From Ignavibacteriota bacterium (GTDB lineage: Bacteria > Bacteroidota > Ignavibacteria > UBA10030), in contig OY969585.1 of assembly GCA_963701295.1 (NCBI GenBank), positions 3,104,001-3,168,000 on the forward strand: DNA of 64,000 bases, in the 5' to 3' direction. The notes beneath the pieces were generated by a model. That model worked only from the letters and a program-made list of their open reading frames with translations. It did no database searches and was not told where the DNA came from. Each line of letters opens with the position of its first letter. The first letter of the stretch is position 1. This document shows, piece after piece, positions 29,997 through 40,265 of the stretch. A program made the translations under genes and the position numbers.

Positions 29997-30270
29997 TGTT
30001 CTGTTCCCTTTATATAATATTATACATAGCTGCTTAACTGATCCTAAGATCACCATGGCTAAGATAAAGGAGAAGGGAAAAGCAAACAATCCCCATTAGT
30101 AGGGATTTTATAAATACTCTAGAAAATATCAGGGTAAGATGTCAGTTGCTGCCTAAACTGCTGACTGCGGATGCCATCAAGAATAATGAGCTTAAAAAAA
30201 ATTATTAAGAGACAGAGCATTTTCATTTCGGATTTACTCTCCCTTGTCCAAAGTTGAAATGGCAATTGCC

Positions 30271-30459
30271 GCCTAACGGATGGGCGTTAAGCTGTAGCAC
30301 TGATAACTTTCAATATATTCTAAACGAAATGAGTTCATGCTGAAAAATTTATTATTAAGAACCGAAACTTATGCAAGCCATGCTTAACGTACCCATTTAC
30401 CCGCCATGCTTTATCTTTGAGCGGGCGCTCATTCTATCAGCTTGAGCGCCTGGTTAGAT
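30271..30459 (-). repeat. attC site (189 bp, with 30-bp palindromic insert)
   Basis: Plus strand GCCTAACGGATGGGCGTTAAGCTG...TCAGCTTGAGCGCCTGGTTAGAT. Confidence 0.9.
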
Positions 30460-30897
30460 GGGCGATTTTATTTTCTTAGAATATTGTCTTTGACTAAAAA
30501 AGCCACCAACGAATCCCAACCCAACAATAATTAAAAAGAAAATATATGCGCGATAATTGAGCTGACCTCCAAAACTTATTTTCATTATGGTACCTAGAAA
30601 TCCTGCAAGTATGCCTATTAGAAGACCATGAATAGAAATATTGTTCCCAGTTTTCTTGGTGCTGATTAACGCAATAACAAAAGTGAAGAACATTTCAAGC
30701 AACGACATCATCCACCGGCTAATTGTAGCGGCAAAATGACTGATTGCAGCTTGGTCAGGCTTGCCATGAGCTTCAAATGCTAGTACAAAGGCATAGCCAG
30801 CAGTTATTATTGTTACTACGAGGAAGCTGAAAACAATTATTAAGAATGAAGAGACAACAACGCGAATCCATCGAATATTTGTTAAATGTAATTTCAT
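30454..30897 (-). CDS. Hypothetical 4-TM membrane protein (cassette)
   Basis: Hydrophobic ORF; stop inside R''; ends TCGCCCACCTAAC / GTTAGATGGGCGA complementary. Confidence 0.75.
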   Translation of the reverse strand: MKLHLTNIRWIRVVVSSFLIIVFSFLVVTIITAGYAFVLAFEAHGKPDQAAISHFAATISRWMMSLLEMFFTFVIALISTKKTGNNISIHGLLIGILAGFLGTIMKISFGGQLNYRAYIFFLIIVGLGFVGGFFSQRQYSKKIKSPI

Positions 30898-30922
30898 TTA
30901 TCTATGACCTTTCTGTTCGCCC

Positions 30923-31147
30923 ACCTAACGGATGGACGTTAATCCCGATTCGACAAATTTGATGTATTCCAATCAAATTGTAGTCGAATCGAGGATTTCA
31001 TAAAGCGGGAGCTCCAGCGCTGATAATTTTCAAAATGTACCAAATGAAACATGTTCATTGTACTATACTTTCAAATTAAAACAAAACCTCTATGCGCCTG
31101 CTTAACGTAACAATGCTCATCCGGTTAGCTTGAGCTGATGGTTAGGC
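30923..31147 (-). repeat. attC site interrupted in L' by a 68-bp palindromic insert
   Basis: ACCTAACGGATGGACGTTAA[TCCCG...CGGGA]GCT...AGCTTGAGCTGATGGTTAGGC. Confidence 0.8.
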
Positions 31148-31181
31148 GGCATCGTCTGTGTAAAGGCACACATATTTCACT

Positions 31182-31640
31182 CTAAGCTTGAAGACTACGT
31201 TTCCTCCATAGCGATAGTGCTAGGCCAACGATCATCAAAGTGAAGAGTATGAAGTTCACCATTGGTCCTGGTGGTGTTCCCGTGCGAACAAGTGGAACGA
31301 AATGGAGAAGCAGTTGTCTAGCCAAATAATCAAGCACTAGCAGTGCCAACATGAATGTGACCACGCTACGATATCGCACCAATACAATTATGCAAAGAAT
31401 ATTGATGACTAGGAGAGAAATCCCTGCGAGCGAAAATAGTGCTACGACTGTCTGTACGCCGGCGGGCGTGAATGTTTCAAGGGGAAATCCGTCGGCGTAC
31501 CTCGCGGTAGATTCACCGTTGAAGATAAGCATTAGACTCTGAAATGACTTAACGGACACAACCAATGCGAAGAGCCAGAGCGTAAATTTATGACCGCGAT
31601 ATGTATTATCGATTTGTTGAGGAAGAAGCCGATTGATCAT
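31182..31640 (-). CDS. Hypothetical membrane protein (cassette)
   Basis: 152 aa, four hydrophobic segments, RBS GAAAGGAA. Confidence 0.75.
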   Translation of the reverse strand: MINRLLPQQIDNTYRGHKFTLWLFALVVSVKSFQSLMLIFNGESTARYADGFPLETFTPAGVQTVVALFSLAGISLLVINILCIIVLVRYRSVVTFMLALLVLDYLARQLLLHFVPLVRTGTPPGPMVNFILFTLMIVGLALSLWRKRSLQA

Positions 31641-31740
31641 GACAGTTCCTTTCTTAACTGTGAGCAGCTAATTAACTTCCAAGTTGTACTAAACGAAACA
31701 AGCTCAATCACTTCCCTTTCTAACCAGCACCTTATCAATT

Positions 31741-32665
31741 TTACAAAAATCCTCTTGCTTTTAACCATTTTTTGCATGCTTCAGTCCACGATGACTCTGT
31801 GTCAGACGATCGACCTAGACCGTATCCATGTCCACCTGTTTCATACAGATGCAGTTCGCATGGGATACTGAACTTCTTTAAAGCTAAGGTATAGTTGATA
31901 CTGTTTTGAATAGGAACCACATTATCGTTGATTGAATGGACAAGAAATGCAGGTGGTGTTTGTTTGCTTACCTGCAATTCGTTTGAAAATCGGTTCACCA
32001 TTTCCGAAGAAGGATTTTTGCCAAGTAAATTTTCCCTCGAACCTAAATGGGTTATTGATGAATCCATCGAAATAACAGGATATATAAGTATTGAAAAATC
32101 TGGACGGGCATTTGTAGAATCTTTCGGCTCATATACTTTTTCTAGATAATGAGTTGAAATGGTAGATGCCAAATGCCCTCCCGCTGAAAATCCCATGATC
32201 CCAATCTTGTTGGGATCTATGTTCCATTCTTTGGCATGGCGGCGTACAATTCGGATCGATTCTTGTCCGTCCTGCATCGGGCCAATAGTTTTGTTGATCA
32301 TGATGGAAGTATCGGGCAGACGATATTTCAAGACAAAAGCAGTTATCCCAATACTGTTCAACCACATCGCTATTTGAGTGCCCTCGTGTGCAATTGCCAA
32401 TCCCCAATAAGCACCCCCCGGGCAAATAATTACAGCTGTCTTATTCGATTTTTCAACCGGTACTGAGGTACATATCAAGCATCGGAGTCGTCACATTTCG
32501 CATCTTCACCCAATTATCTTCCGAATCAATTGACTGTTTGTAGCTGGAATTGGTAAGAGCTCCAGGAACCTTGCCCTGCCAAATATCGATAACATTGGTT
32601 TGACCGGACAAATGATTTGTATACACCATAAGGAATAATATTGCTGGCACAATTGTTTGTTTCAT
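31741..32665 (-). pseudogene. Secreted alpha/beta-hydrolase carbohydrate esterase, frameshifted
   Basis: Signal-peptide ORF 32453-32665 continues in another frame near 32465 into CPGGAY, GFSAGGHLA, DNVVP, GGHGYG. Confidence 0.8.
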
Positions 32666-32675
32666 ACTCGTGACT

Positions 32676-33314
32676 CTATTTTTTTAATTCTCGTGCAATT
32701 ATTTCTGCCATGACCTTTACAGCTTTTTCGTTGGGATGAATATTGTCGGGAAAATTGCTTCCTTGGTTTTGCATTTGATGGTATAAATCGATGACCTTCA
32801 AGTTATTTGCGTTTGCAAGTCTTTCAATAATTGGAATAACTCCATGCACTACCGTCGAATCATTGATACCCCAGGTCGTTTCAAAGACCGGCACAGGCAG
32901 ACACAGGAAGATTGCCGGATGTGAGGGGATTGTTTTAAATGTATCGATCAGTGCCTGATAATCCTTCTCATATAAATCTGCATGCCAATTTTGAGGCTTT
33001 GTATCATTTGTTCCAAGTTTGATAATGATAATATCGGGTTCGAAAACAAAGACATTTGAAAATTCTTTATAGATCCAGTATGGGAAATCCCCTTTCTTTT
33101 GCAGCGTCGTAGCACTGCGCCCTGAGTTCAGTACAGAATAGTTCGCTCCGAGGATATTGTCAAGCACCACAGGGTATCCGGTTTTACTTTGGCATGCTAA
33201 TCCGTATCCCTCGGTAATGCTATCGCCAACGCAGGCTACCTTTATTTTCTTAGTAGTGAACGCTGATACAACCAGCGCAAAAATAATGAAACTGATCCAT
33301 CCGGGTTTTTTCAT
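32676..33314 (-). CDS. SGNH/GDSL esterase (acetylxylan/sialate O-acetylesterase-like)
   Basis: VACVGDSIT, LGTND, DNIHPN motifs; likely start MKKPGW at 33314. Confidence 0.85.
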   Translation of the reverse strand: MKKPGWISFIIFALVVSAFTTKKIKVACVGDSITEGYGLACQSKTGYPVVLDNILGANYSVLNSGRSATTLQKKGDFPYWIYKEFSNVFVFEPDIIIIKLGTNDTKPQNWHADLYEKDYQALIDTFKTIPSHPAIFLCLPVPVFETTWGINDSTVVHGVIPIIERLANANNLKVIDLYHQMQNQGSNFPDNIHPNEKAVKVMAEIIARELKK

Positions 33315-33399
33315 GGTATTTACTTTCAATAAATGAATTTCATTTGAAGTTTGGGGATATCTGTTCATTGTTTTAATTTCTATTTTGGTTGCCAATTGC

Positions 33400-33531
33400 G
33401 CATAACGGTCGAGGCTATGCACTGTGCGGGATTACGAAGCTGCGTACCTATCACCCGTGACGAAAATTTGCTACAAAAACTGAACTTGCAAAACCACTGA
33501 AACCCGCATTGCGTATGAGCCTTTGTTAGCA
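33400..33531 (-). repeat. Divergent attC of a different family (132 bp)
   Basis: GCATAACGGTCGAGGCTATGCACTGTGCGGG...CCCGCATTGCGTATGAGCCTTTGTTAGCA; box architecture present, sequence unlike the host family. Confidence 0.75.
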
Positions 33532-33542
33532 TACGTTTCGTT

Positions 33543-35054
33543 TTATTTCATAGATTTATATTTGAAGTTCTTAAATTTGACTTTCCCTTCACCAATGGAG
33601 CAAAGGCCGAGTCGTAAACTTAGAAATCCGCCCAATGCATTATGATTATAAGAAGAAACTTCAAGTGAATTTTCTATTTTATTCCATTTGACCCCATCGT
33701 TGCTGTAATACATATTGACTGTGTTGTTCATATTTTCGAGGCGCAAAAATACATGATTTTTAATTGCTTTTCTTTCGGTTGGGAATTGCCAACCCCGCAA
33801 ATTAGCCAAAATGTTTTCCTTATCTGCGCCTATGCCTGAATACGCATTGTTGTTGTAGAAAAGCACCAATCCCCCAGTTGCATCTCCCTCAATAAATAAT
33901 TCTACCTGTGCCATATATGAATGGTCTGAGGGGACACAAATCAAGGGAGAACAATCACCAACAGAATGACCTTTCGCATTAATAACTAAACTGTTGTCGA
34001 TCAAATGAAACCTACTAGTGTCGTATTCGTTATAGAATTTCCATTGTGACTTTAGCTCATTGCCCGCAAAATTATCATCTAAGGTAAATCCGATATCTGG
34101 AACTACACCGACGGGTCTTTTGATGGGTTCGTCTGCTTTAATGTTACCCGGTGTTTTATACCAACCGTCATTTGTCCATTCTATTGGTTGAAGCAAGGTC
34201 TGACGCCCCATATTATAATGTTCATTTTCATATCCATGAAAAACCATCCACCACTTTCCGTTTGCGTCTTCAAATAAAGTACCATGTCCTTTAGACCACC
34301 ATTTTTCAGAATTTTCTTTTGTTCTAATGATAGGGTTGAACGGAGAATTCTCCCAAGGACCCAAAGGCGATTTTGAACGTGCAGAAATTACCATGTGACT
34401 TGTCGCAGGACCTGCTGTACCACCTTCCGCAACTGTCAGGTAATAATATTCACCTCGTTTGACAAGCTTAGGCCCTTCCATACAAAAACATTCAATAGAC
34501 CATTCGCGAGGTATAGGCCAGCCATTGTAAGTGTGTTTGAATTCGCCTGTAACAGAAAGTCCATCCTCAGACAAAGGAACATAACCTCCACTACTAAAAT
34601 ACAAATATCGTTTACCTTCAGCGTCTGTAATATGGCCAGGATCGATATTACCTATTTTCAAATCTACAGGATCACTCCATGGACCTTTAATTGAATCGGC
34701 AGTGACAACATAATTTGTATTATTGGCAGGAAAATAAATGTAGTATTTTTTCTTGTATTTCACTAGGTCGGGAGCCCAAACTGAACCTATATATTTATGC
34801 AATGCATTTATTACTGGTGTCCAATTAATTAAATCTTTTGAATGCCAAATCAATAACCCCGGATAATAATCGAAAGATGAATGAACAATATAGTAATCGC
34901 TGCCATCGCGCAATATACTTGGGTCAGGGTAATCTCCTGCAAAAATTGGATTTAAATAATAACCGTCTCCTTTTTCAGAGGTATTAATTTGATGCTGTGC
35001 ATTCGCTAAGAAACCCAATTGAAGGAGCATTGCTATAATAATAGTTTTCTTCAT
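33543..35054 (-). CDS. GH43 beta-xylosidase/arabinofuranosidase (cassette)
   Basis: NPIFAGDYPDPSI, WAPDL, IDPGH, MEGPKL, GHGTL; C-terminal beta-sandwich; signal peptide. Confidence 0.9.
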   Translation of the reverse strand: MKKTIIIAMLLQLGFLANAQHQINTSEKGDGYYLNPIFAGDYPDPSILRDGSDYYIVHSSFDYYPGLLIWHSKDLINWTPVINALHKYIGSVWAPDLVKYKKKYYIYFPANNTNYVVTADSIKGPWSDPVDLKIGNIDPGHITDAEGKRYLYFSSGGYVPLSEDGLSVTGEFKHTYNGWPIPREWSIECFCMEGPKLVKRGEYYYLTVAEGGTAGPATSHMVISARSKSPLGPWENSPFNPIIRTKENSEKWWSKGHGTLFEDANGKWWMVFHGYENEHYNMGRQTLLQPIEWTNDGWYKTPGNIKADEPIKRPVGVVPDIGFTLDDNFAGNELKSQWKFYNEYDTSRFHLIDNSLVINAKGHSVGDCSPLICVPSDHSYMAQVELFIEGDATGGLVLFYNNNAYSGIGADKENILANLRGWQFPTERKAIKNHVFLRLENMNNTVNMYYSNDGVKWNKIENSLEVSSYNHNALGGFLSLRLGLCSIGEGKVKFKNFKYKSMK

Positions 35055-35212
35055 AATTTGTTTCCTATAGTTTCTAAATAAAAATGTGAATGTATCAATA
35101 ATTTATATTTAACGATCCTGTTTTTTTGATCTTTCTGCAATCGGTTAAATATTATAAGCATATCCTTAAAAATGTGTGCTAACTCGTGTAAAAACGAGAT
35201 GTTATTTTTGCG

Positions 35213-35408
35213 TTCTAACGGATGGCGGCTAAGCTGCCACACTGCAAATTCGCAACATGCACCCAACGAAACAAGTTTATACTAATAACCAAATTAAATA
35301 TTCCCCAACCAACGAGGTAATGAAAAGTTAATTATAAAAACTTAAACTCACCATCAGCCATGTAATTTGCAGTGAGCTCTTACCGTCAGCTTGAGCGCCT
35401 GGTTAGGC
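35213..35408 (-). repeat. attC site (196 bp, long class)
   Basis: TTCTAACGGATGGCGGCTAAGCTG...CCGTCAGCTTGAGCGCCTGGTTAGGC. Confidence 0.9.
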
Positions 35409-35469
35409 CGCTGGTTAAAGTTGCCTGAAATCCTCGTCCCTTATAATGTATGAGCTGCTTTTATTTACA

Positions 35470-37062
35470 CTAGTGCTTAATCATATTCAACAAGAAGACA
35501 TCATTCTCTCGGAGGTTCAGTTCTTTTATAAATGCCACGTTATCTTTTATCTTTACTATTTCATGAGATACAGGAGAACCATCATTCAATTTCTTTATTT
35601 GCTCAACTTGCTGTTTGGTAAGTTGCTTTGGCTCGTTCAACGTAAGATACGTTGAATATGGATCGTTCACTTGATAGCCTACTTTATAGATTTCAAGTGT
35701 ATAGCTACCTTCCGGGATTCCTGAAATACGTACTTTTACTTTTCCTTTTGATTTTGCAGGGAGATCGCGAATATAATACACCTGATTATTTACAGAATCA
35801 CCCGGATGGGTGTTGGTGAAATCCCAGAGAAGCACCTGTACGTTGCTCTTTGCATTTTTGCATGCCCACGAGGATGAATCAGTATTAACCAACTCTGTGT
35901 TACCAAGCATATTCATGAACTTGAAGGAATAGAAGACAGGTTTGTTGATTGCCTGATAATTCAGCAATCCGAATCCACCGTGAAAAGGTGTAAAACGTGG
36001 TCCCGCTTCTTCAAAAATATCTGTGAAGACCCAGTAAGACATCGAATTTGCTGCATTGCCAACTTGCTTAATTTTTTCCAGTACATAGGCAGCCTGATGA
36101 TAGCTATCATGGATAGGATCGGTGGGTGTATATGATGAACTCCATTCGGTATAATGCAATTCCAAATTTGGCATAGCGGAGCTTACAATTTCTTTACGGG
36201 ATTGAAGGATATCGCCGCTGACGCTCATGGAATTTTTATCAAGGACTGTTCCTGAATTTCCAAATTCATCGAGATATCCTTGTTTAACTCCGTATGAATG
36301 GGTACTGATAAAATCGAGAGGAATTGCATTTTTACTGCAGAAATCAATCATCTCAGGTTCCCAGGCAGCTCCGGCAGTAGCAGGTCCCCCAACACGATAT
36401 TCTTTATTCACACTCTTTATGGCCTGCACGCTATATTTATATAATTTGAAGTACTCCTCCTGCGTTCCCGACCAGAATCCGTGAAGGTTCGGCTCGTTCC
36501 AGACTTCAAAATACCAGGTCTTCACTTCCTCTGTACCATAGCGTTCAGTGAAATGAAGAGTAAGATTGCGGATCAAGTATTTCCACTTTTTATAATCCTT
36601 TGGCGGTGTAACATTTCCCCTCCACCAGAAAATAACCTGCTTGCCGCTGGCTAATGCTTCCGGCATGAATCCTAATTCAACAAAAGGTTTCATTCCGATA
36701 CTCAGAAGGTAATCATATAGAACATCGATGTACTGAAAATTATATTCCGGTTTTCCATTTTTATCTTCCCTGTAAACGCCCATATCGTCTGTTAACAGTC
36801 CGTGCATACGAATATATTTGAAATCGCATTCCTTTTTTACATAAGCCAGTTGTTGTTGCCAATCCGCCCTTAATCCCTCATTGGCGCGGCCTGCACCAAT
36901 GCATTCTTTGAACATGGCATTGAAGTTCCCTTTGATTTTATTAAAGTCAAGATTGATAATCCGTTCCTGCAAAACGGATGTGTTATCGGAATTGTCTTGA
37001 GCAAATGTAGGGACTACGAACAAGCTTGTAAGAATGATTAATAATAGATAACAAGTTTTCAT
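35470..37062 (-). CDS. GH39 beta-xylosidase (cassette)
   Basis: YIRMHGLL, PFVELGFMP, FEVWNEPNL acid/base, HYTEW nucleophile, PFHGGFGL; ends AGCGGCCTAAT / GTTAGGCCGCT. Confidence 0.92.
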   Translation of the reverse strand: MKTCYLLLIILTSLFVVPTFAQDNSDNTSVLQERIINLDFNKIKGNFNAMFKECIGAGRANEGLRADWQQQLAYVKKECDFKYIRMHGLLTDDMGVYREDKNGKPEYNFQYIDVLYDYLLSIGMKPFVELGFMPEALASGKQVIFWWRGNVTPPKDYKKWKYLIRNLTLHFTERYGTEEVKTWYFEVWNEPNLHGFWSGTQEEYFKLYKYSVQAIKSVNKEYRVGGPATAGAAWEPEMIDFCSKNAIPLDFISTHSYGVKQGYLDEFGNSGTVLDKNSMSVSGDILQSRKEIVSSAMPNLELHYTEWSSSYTPTDPIHDSYHQAAYVLEKIKQVGNAANSMSYWVFTDIFEEAGPRFTPFHGGFGLLNYQAINKPVFYSFKFMNMLGNTELVNTDSSSWACKNAKSNVQVLLWDFTNTHPGDSVNNQVYYIRDLPAKSKGKVKVRISGIPEGSYTLEIYKVGYQVNDPYSTYLTLNEPKQLTKQQVEQIKKLNDGSPVSHEIVKIKDNVAFIKELNLRENDVFLLNMIKH

Positions 37063-37128
37063 TTTTTGCTCGCCTTTTAGTGTTAACATATTTCATATTT
37101 TACATCGAAACAAATTTCAGCGTAAGCG

Positions 37129-37354
37129 GCCTAATGGATGGCAACTAAGCTGCGGCACTGATAATTTGCAACATGCACCCAACGAAACAAGTTCATGCTG
37201 AAAGCCTAATTAATAAATACTAAACTTATAGGTACTAGAAACTGAATAATAAAAACGAAAACCCACTGCCAGTCCTGCTTAACGTACCCATTTACCCGCC
37301 ATGCTTTATCTTTGGGCGGGCGCTATTTCCGTCAGCTTGAGCGCCTGGTTAGGC
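37129..37354 (-). repeat. attC site (226 bp; R' mutated to ATTAGGC; 30-bp palindromic insert)
   Basis: GCCTAATGGATGGCAACTAAGCTGCGG...CCGTCAGCTTGAGCGCCTGGTTAGGC. Confidence 0.85.
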
Positions 37355-37374
37355 AGCGCAATTATTTCTTGTTT

Positions 37375-38010
37375 CTATGATACCTTTTCTGCTACTGCGG
37401 TAATCCAATTTTTTTCAAGAATACAATCTATTTTAGCGAGATGGTACCCCGCTTGATTGAGAAATTCTTTATACTCTTCTGGAGTATGAATTTGCATATC
37501 AATTAATGTTGTCCACTTAGTATTCCGTTTTTCAAATCGAATATCTTGATACACTTCATTGACTATCAAAAGTGTTCCCTTGGGTTTTAAAACACGTTTA
37601 ATTTCTTTTAAGTCATCAATCAAATGGGGCCAGAAATAATATGTTTCAAATGCTGTAATAAGATCGAATGTATTATCCTTAAATGGCAAAGATGAAACCG
37701 TTCCAAACATTATTTCAACTTGACCTTGTCTAATTGGAGTCTCATTTATTTTTTTTGATAGCTTAACCATGTCTTCAGAATAATCAATTCCAAAAACCTT
37801 TCCTCTAGGTGTAGAGAGTGATAATTCTTGAATTGCTTTGCCGCCACCGCAACCAATATCGAGTATATATGCATCTGGTTTAATAGAAACATGATCAAGC
37901 CCCCAGCGTCTAACTTTTGCATGGCCAGAATTCATGCTTCTTCCGATAAATTTTCCCAATTTACCTGACGGTTTTCTACATTGCTTTAATAATTTTTCAA
38001 TCAATCCCAT
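37375..38010 (-). CDS. Class I SAM-dependent methyltransferase (cassette)
   Basis: ILDIGCGGG, LPF.DNTFD, RVLKPKG. Confidence 0.88.
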   Translation of the reverse strand: MGLIEKLLKQCRKPSGKLGKFIGRSMNSGHAKVRRWGLDHVSIKPDAYILDIGCGGGKAIQELSLSTPRGKVFGIDYSEDMVKLSKKINETPIRQGQVEIMFGTVSSLPFKDNTFDLITAFETYYFWPHLIDDLKEIKRVLKPKGTLLIVNEVYQDIRFEKRNTKWTTLIDMQIHTPEEYKEFLNQAGYHLAKIDCILEKNWITAVAEKVS

Positions 38011-38040
38011 TCGATATTATCTCTCATATTTTATAGTGCT

Positions 38041-38080
38041 GCCTAACGGATTGGCGCTAAGCTGCGACGATGAAACTTTC
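38041..38080 (-). repeat. attC half-site (L'/R' only)
   Basis: GCCTAACGGATTGGCGCTAAGCTGCGACG then directly the stop of the next ORF. Confidence 0.75.
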
Positions 38081-38083
38081 TAT

Positions 38084-38491
38084 TTATTCATTAAAACTTG
38101 CCCCACAATGAGGACATAATTTACTATCCTTTGGCAAAGGCTTTTTACATTCGGAACATTGATATTCAGATGAATTTGAAACCATATTATTGGCGGCATA
38201 TTCCTTCTTTAACGCCGCTTTAATCATCTTTTGTGTAATACCTAGTTCCTTTGATAACCTGTTAAATTTTTTGGTAATGAAAGAAAGAATAAAGAGAAGT
38301 AATATTCCTCCCCACAATATAGCACCTAGTGATATAAACAAAATAAGATTAATAATAAAAAAAGAAAACCAAAACAATTTTAAATTACTATTCATCGTTT
38401 CCCTGACTTCTTTCCATTCTTCAAATTTTGATGGATCTACTTTTATTTCTGGAAAATCCTCTAAAGTTAGATCTTCAAAATTCTTTTTCAT
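38084..38491 (-). CDS. Hypothetical membrane protein with C-terminal zinc ribbon
   Basis: 2 TM segments; CSEC...CPHCG. Confidence 0.75.
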   Translation of the reverse strand: MKKNFEDLTLEDFPEIKVDPSKFEEWKEVRETMNSNLKLFWFSFFIINLILFISLGAILWGGILLLFILSFITKKFNRLSKELGITQKMIKAALKKEYAANNMVSNSSEYQCSECKKPLPKDSKLCPHCGASFNE

Positions 38492-38519
38492 GTCTTTATC
38501 TCCTTAAATTATTAATGCC

Positions 38520-38715
38520 GCCTAACGGATGGCAACTAAGCTGCGGCAACGTGAAGCCGCAAGTTGCTGAAAACGAAACAAGTTCATGCTGAGAACCAAA
38601 TTTATAAGTATCAAAGTTATAGGTACTAGAAACTGAATAACAAAAACGAAAACCCACCACCAGCAATGCTTAACGGCCATACGCTCCAACCGTCAGCTTG
38701 AGCGCCTGGTTAGGT
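38520..38715 (-). repeat. attC site (196 bp)
   Basis: GCCTAACGGATGGCAACTAAGCTGCGG...CCGTCAGCTTGAGCGCCTGGTTAGGT. Confidence 0.9.
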
Positions 38716-38733
38716 TGCGCCTTGGTTTATAGT

Positions 38734-39399
38734 CTATTTACCAATTCGTCGTTCAATTTTTAGATTTGCGATAACACCAAATCCATTACACCAAAGACCA
38801 ACTGAACCATCTTTTCTATTGGACAGTTCGTTTACTACAAGACTTGGATCGCTTGCACCGTTTACATAAACTTTTACCTCAGGCTTTTGTATTACAATCT
38901 TAGCATGGAACCACTCATCACCATTGGGAGCAGGATCAATGCCTTTTTCATATTCTCCAGTGTGCTCGTCGCGTAAACGTTTCCAAGTCCAATCTGGATG
39001 AGACGTGTATTGAACGACATGAGATTTATTAATGGGATTCGGAGAACGGAAATTAAACGGTCTAAAATAGATCGCATCATAAGTATTTTGATTAACGACA
39101 CGGAAAGCGATACCAACAAAACTGCTTTGTGGCGGACCACTTTTACCCTTTGCGTCAAACTCGATGGTACCGTTTGTGAATGTAAAGTTATCAAGCCAGA
39201 CGATTTGGTCACCATCGGTTTTTGTTATCATAATTGCTTCTGAAGAATCTTTTTTTGCAAGCTCTGCCGAAATGAACTTACCTTTCCAGTTTGTTCCATT
39301 TAGTACAGTTTTCAGAACCGGTTTAAAAAAACTCTGAGCATTCAATGAAGATATAAATAGAAATACTAAACACACGACCGATAATATTTTGAATTTCAT
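38734..39399 (-). CDS. Secreted DUF1080-like (3-keto-disaccharide hydrolase fold) protein (cassette)
   Basis: Signal peptide; F.NGTIEFD, FVGIAFR, WFHAKIV...VYVNG...GSVGLW. Confidence 0.65.
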   Translation of the reverse strand: MKFKILSVVCLVFLFISSLNAQSFFKPVLKTVLNGTNWKGKFISAELAKKDSSEAIMITKTDGDQIVWLDNFTFTNGTIEFDAKGKSGPPQSSFVGIAFRVVNQNTYDAIYFRPFNFRSPNPINKSHVVQYTSHPDWTWKRLRDEHTGEYEKGIDPAPNGDEWFHAKIVIQKPEVKVYVNGASDPSLVVNELSNRKDGSVGLWCNGFGVIANLKIERRIGK

Positions 39400-39455
39400 T
39401 GCTTATCATTCCTTTCAATTAACTATTTGAGTATCCATAAAATATTGATGGCGCA

Positions 39456-39612
39456 ATCTAACGGACCGGCGCTAAGCTGCGGCGCTGATAATTTTCAATA
39501 TTTTGAAAACGAAACGAGTTCACGCTAATAACTTTCAATTCTGTAATCAACCTATGCCCGCCTTGAATTTCACACCCAGCTGGCAACCGTCAGCTTGAGC
39601 GCCTGGTTAGCT
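39456..39612 (-). repeat. attC site (157 bp)
   Basis: ATCTAACGGACCGGCGCTAAGCTGCGG...CCGTCAGCTTGAGCGCCTGGTTAGCT. Confidence 0.9.
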
Positions 39613-40242
39613 GGCGTTATTAATTTTCTTAATAACTTTATCAACCCGGTTAACTTGTGAAGTATTTTCTAACTCAGAATATCTTTCCTTCAACAAATCA
39701 AGAAATTGCTTTTTATTTGATGATGTTATTGCAATTAATGATTTCTCAGCATACATCGGCAACTGTTTCCCTGCACATCGGTTTAATTGTTTCATTAGCA
39801 AAGGAAATGCAACTTTTGTGTATTTAGATATACTTGACAACCTCGCCAGAATAGAAACACCATGATCTACTGTGATAACCGATCCTTCATCCAATGCTTC
39901 AACAATTTCTGGGAGAAGTTGCGAAACATGTTCCGGATTGATAGCGGTGATTGTGTCTAAGGCTGTCATAGCACCCCATGCCAACCTATTATTTCGGCTT
40001 TTAAGAATTTCCCCAAATTCCTTATAATATGGCGCAATCAATTCAGCAGCGCCACGTTCTCCAATTTCGTAAAGCACTTTGATACAATCACTTTGAATGT
40101 TTTTATCGTCGTTCTCCAAATTATCTACTAATTCTTTTATCCAATCGGTCTTCTTAGTCTTGATAATTTTGATAGCCAATTCTTGATTTGGATTATCATC
40201 TCGCCGATTGAGAGATGAAGCAAGCAATTTTAACACACTCAT
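39607..40242 (-). CDS. Hypothetical HEAT-repeat-like protein (cassette)
   Basis: Helical ORF (IQSDCIKVLYEIG, NNRLAWGAM); stop inside R''. Confidence 0.7.
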   Translation of the reverse strand: MSVLKLLASSLNRRDDNPNQELAIKIIKTKKTDWIKELVDNLENDDKNIQSDCIKVLYEIGERGAAELIAPYYKEFGEILKSRNNRLAWGAMTALDTITAINPEHVSQLLPEIVEALDEGSVITVDHGVSILARLSSISKYTKVAFPLLMKQLNRCAGKQLPMYAEKSLIAITSSNKKQFLDLLKERYSELENTSQVNRVDKVIKKINNAS

Positions 40243-40265
40243 TTTCTTTTCCTTTAGATAACGCC

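Noticed and set aside
30030-30226. Possible small membrane-protein gene at the start of the last cassette
   Set aside because: The frame from ATG 30226 stops after ~35 codons and other frames contain stops; at most a decayed remnant
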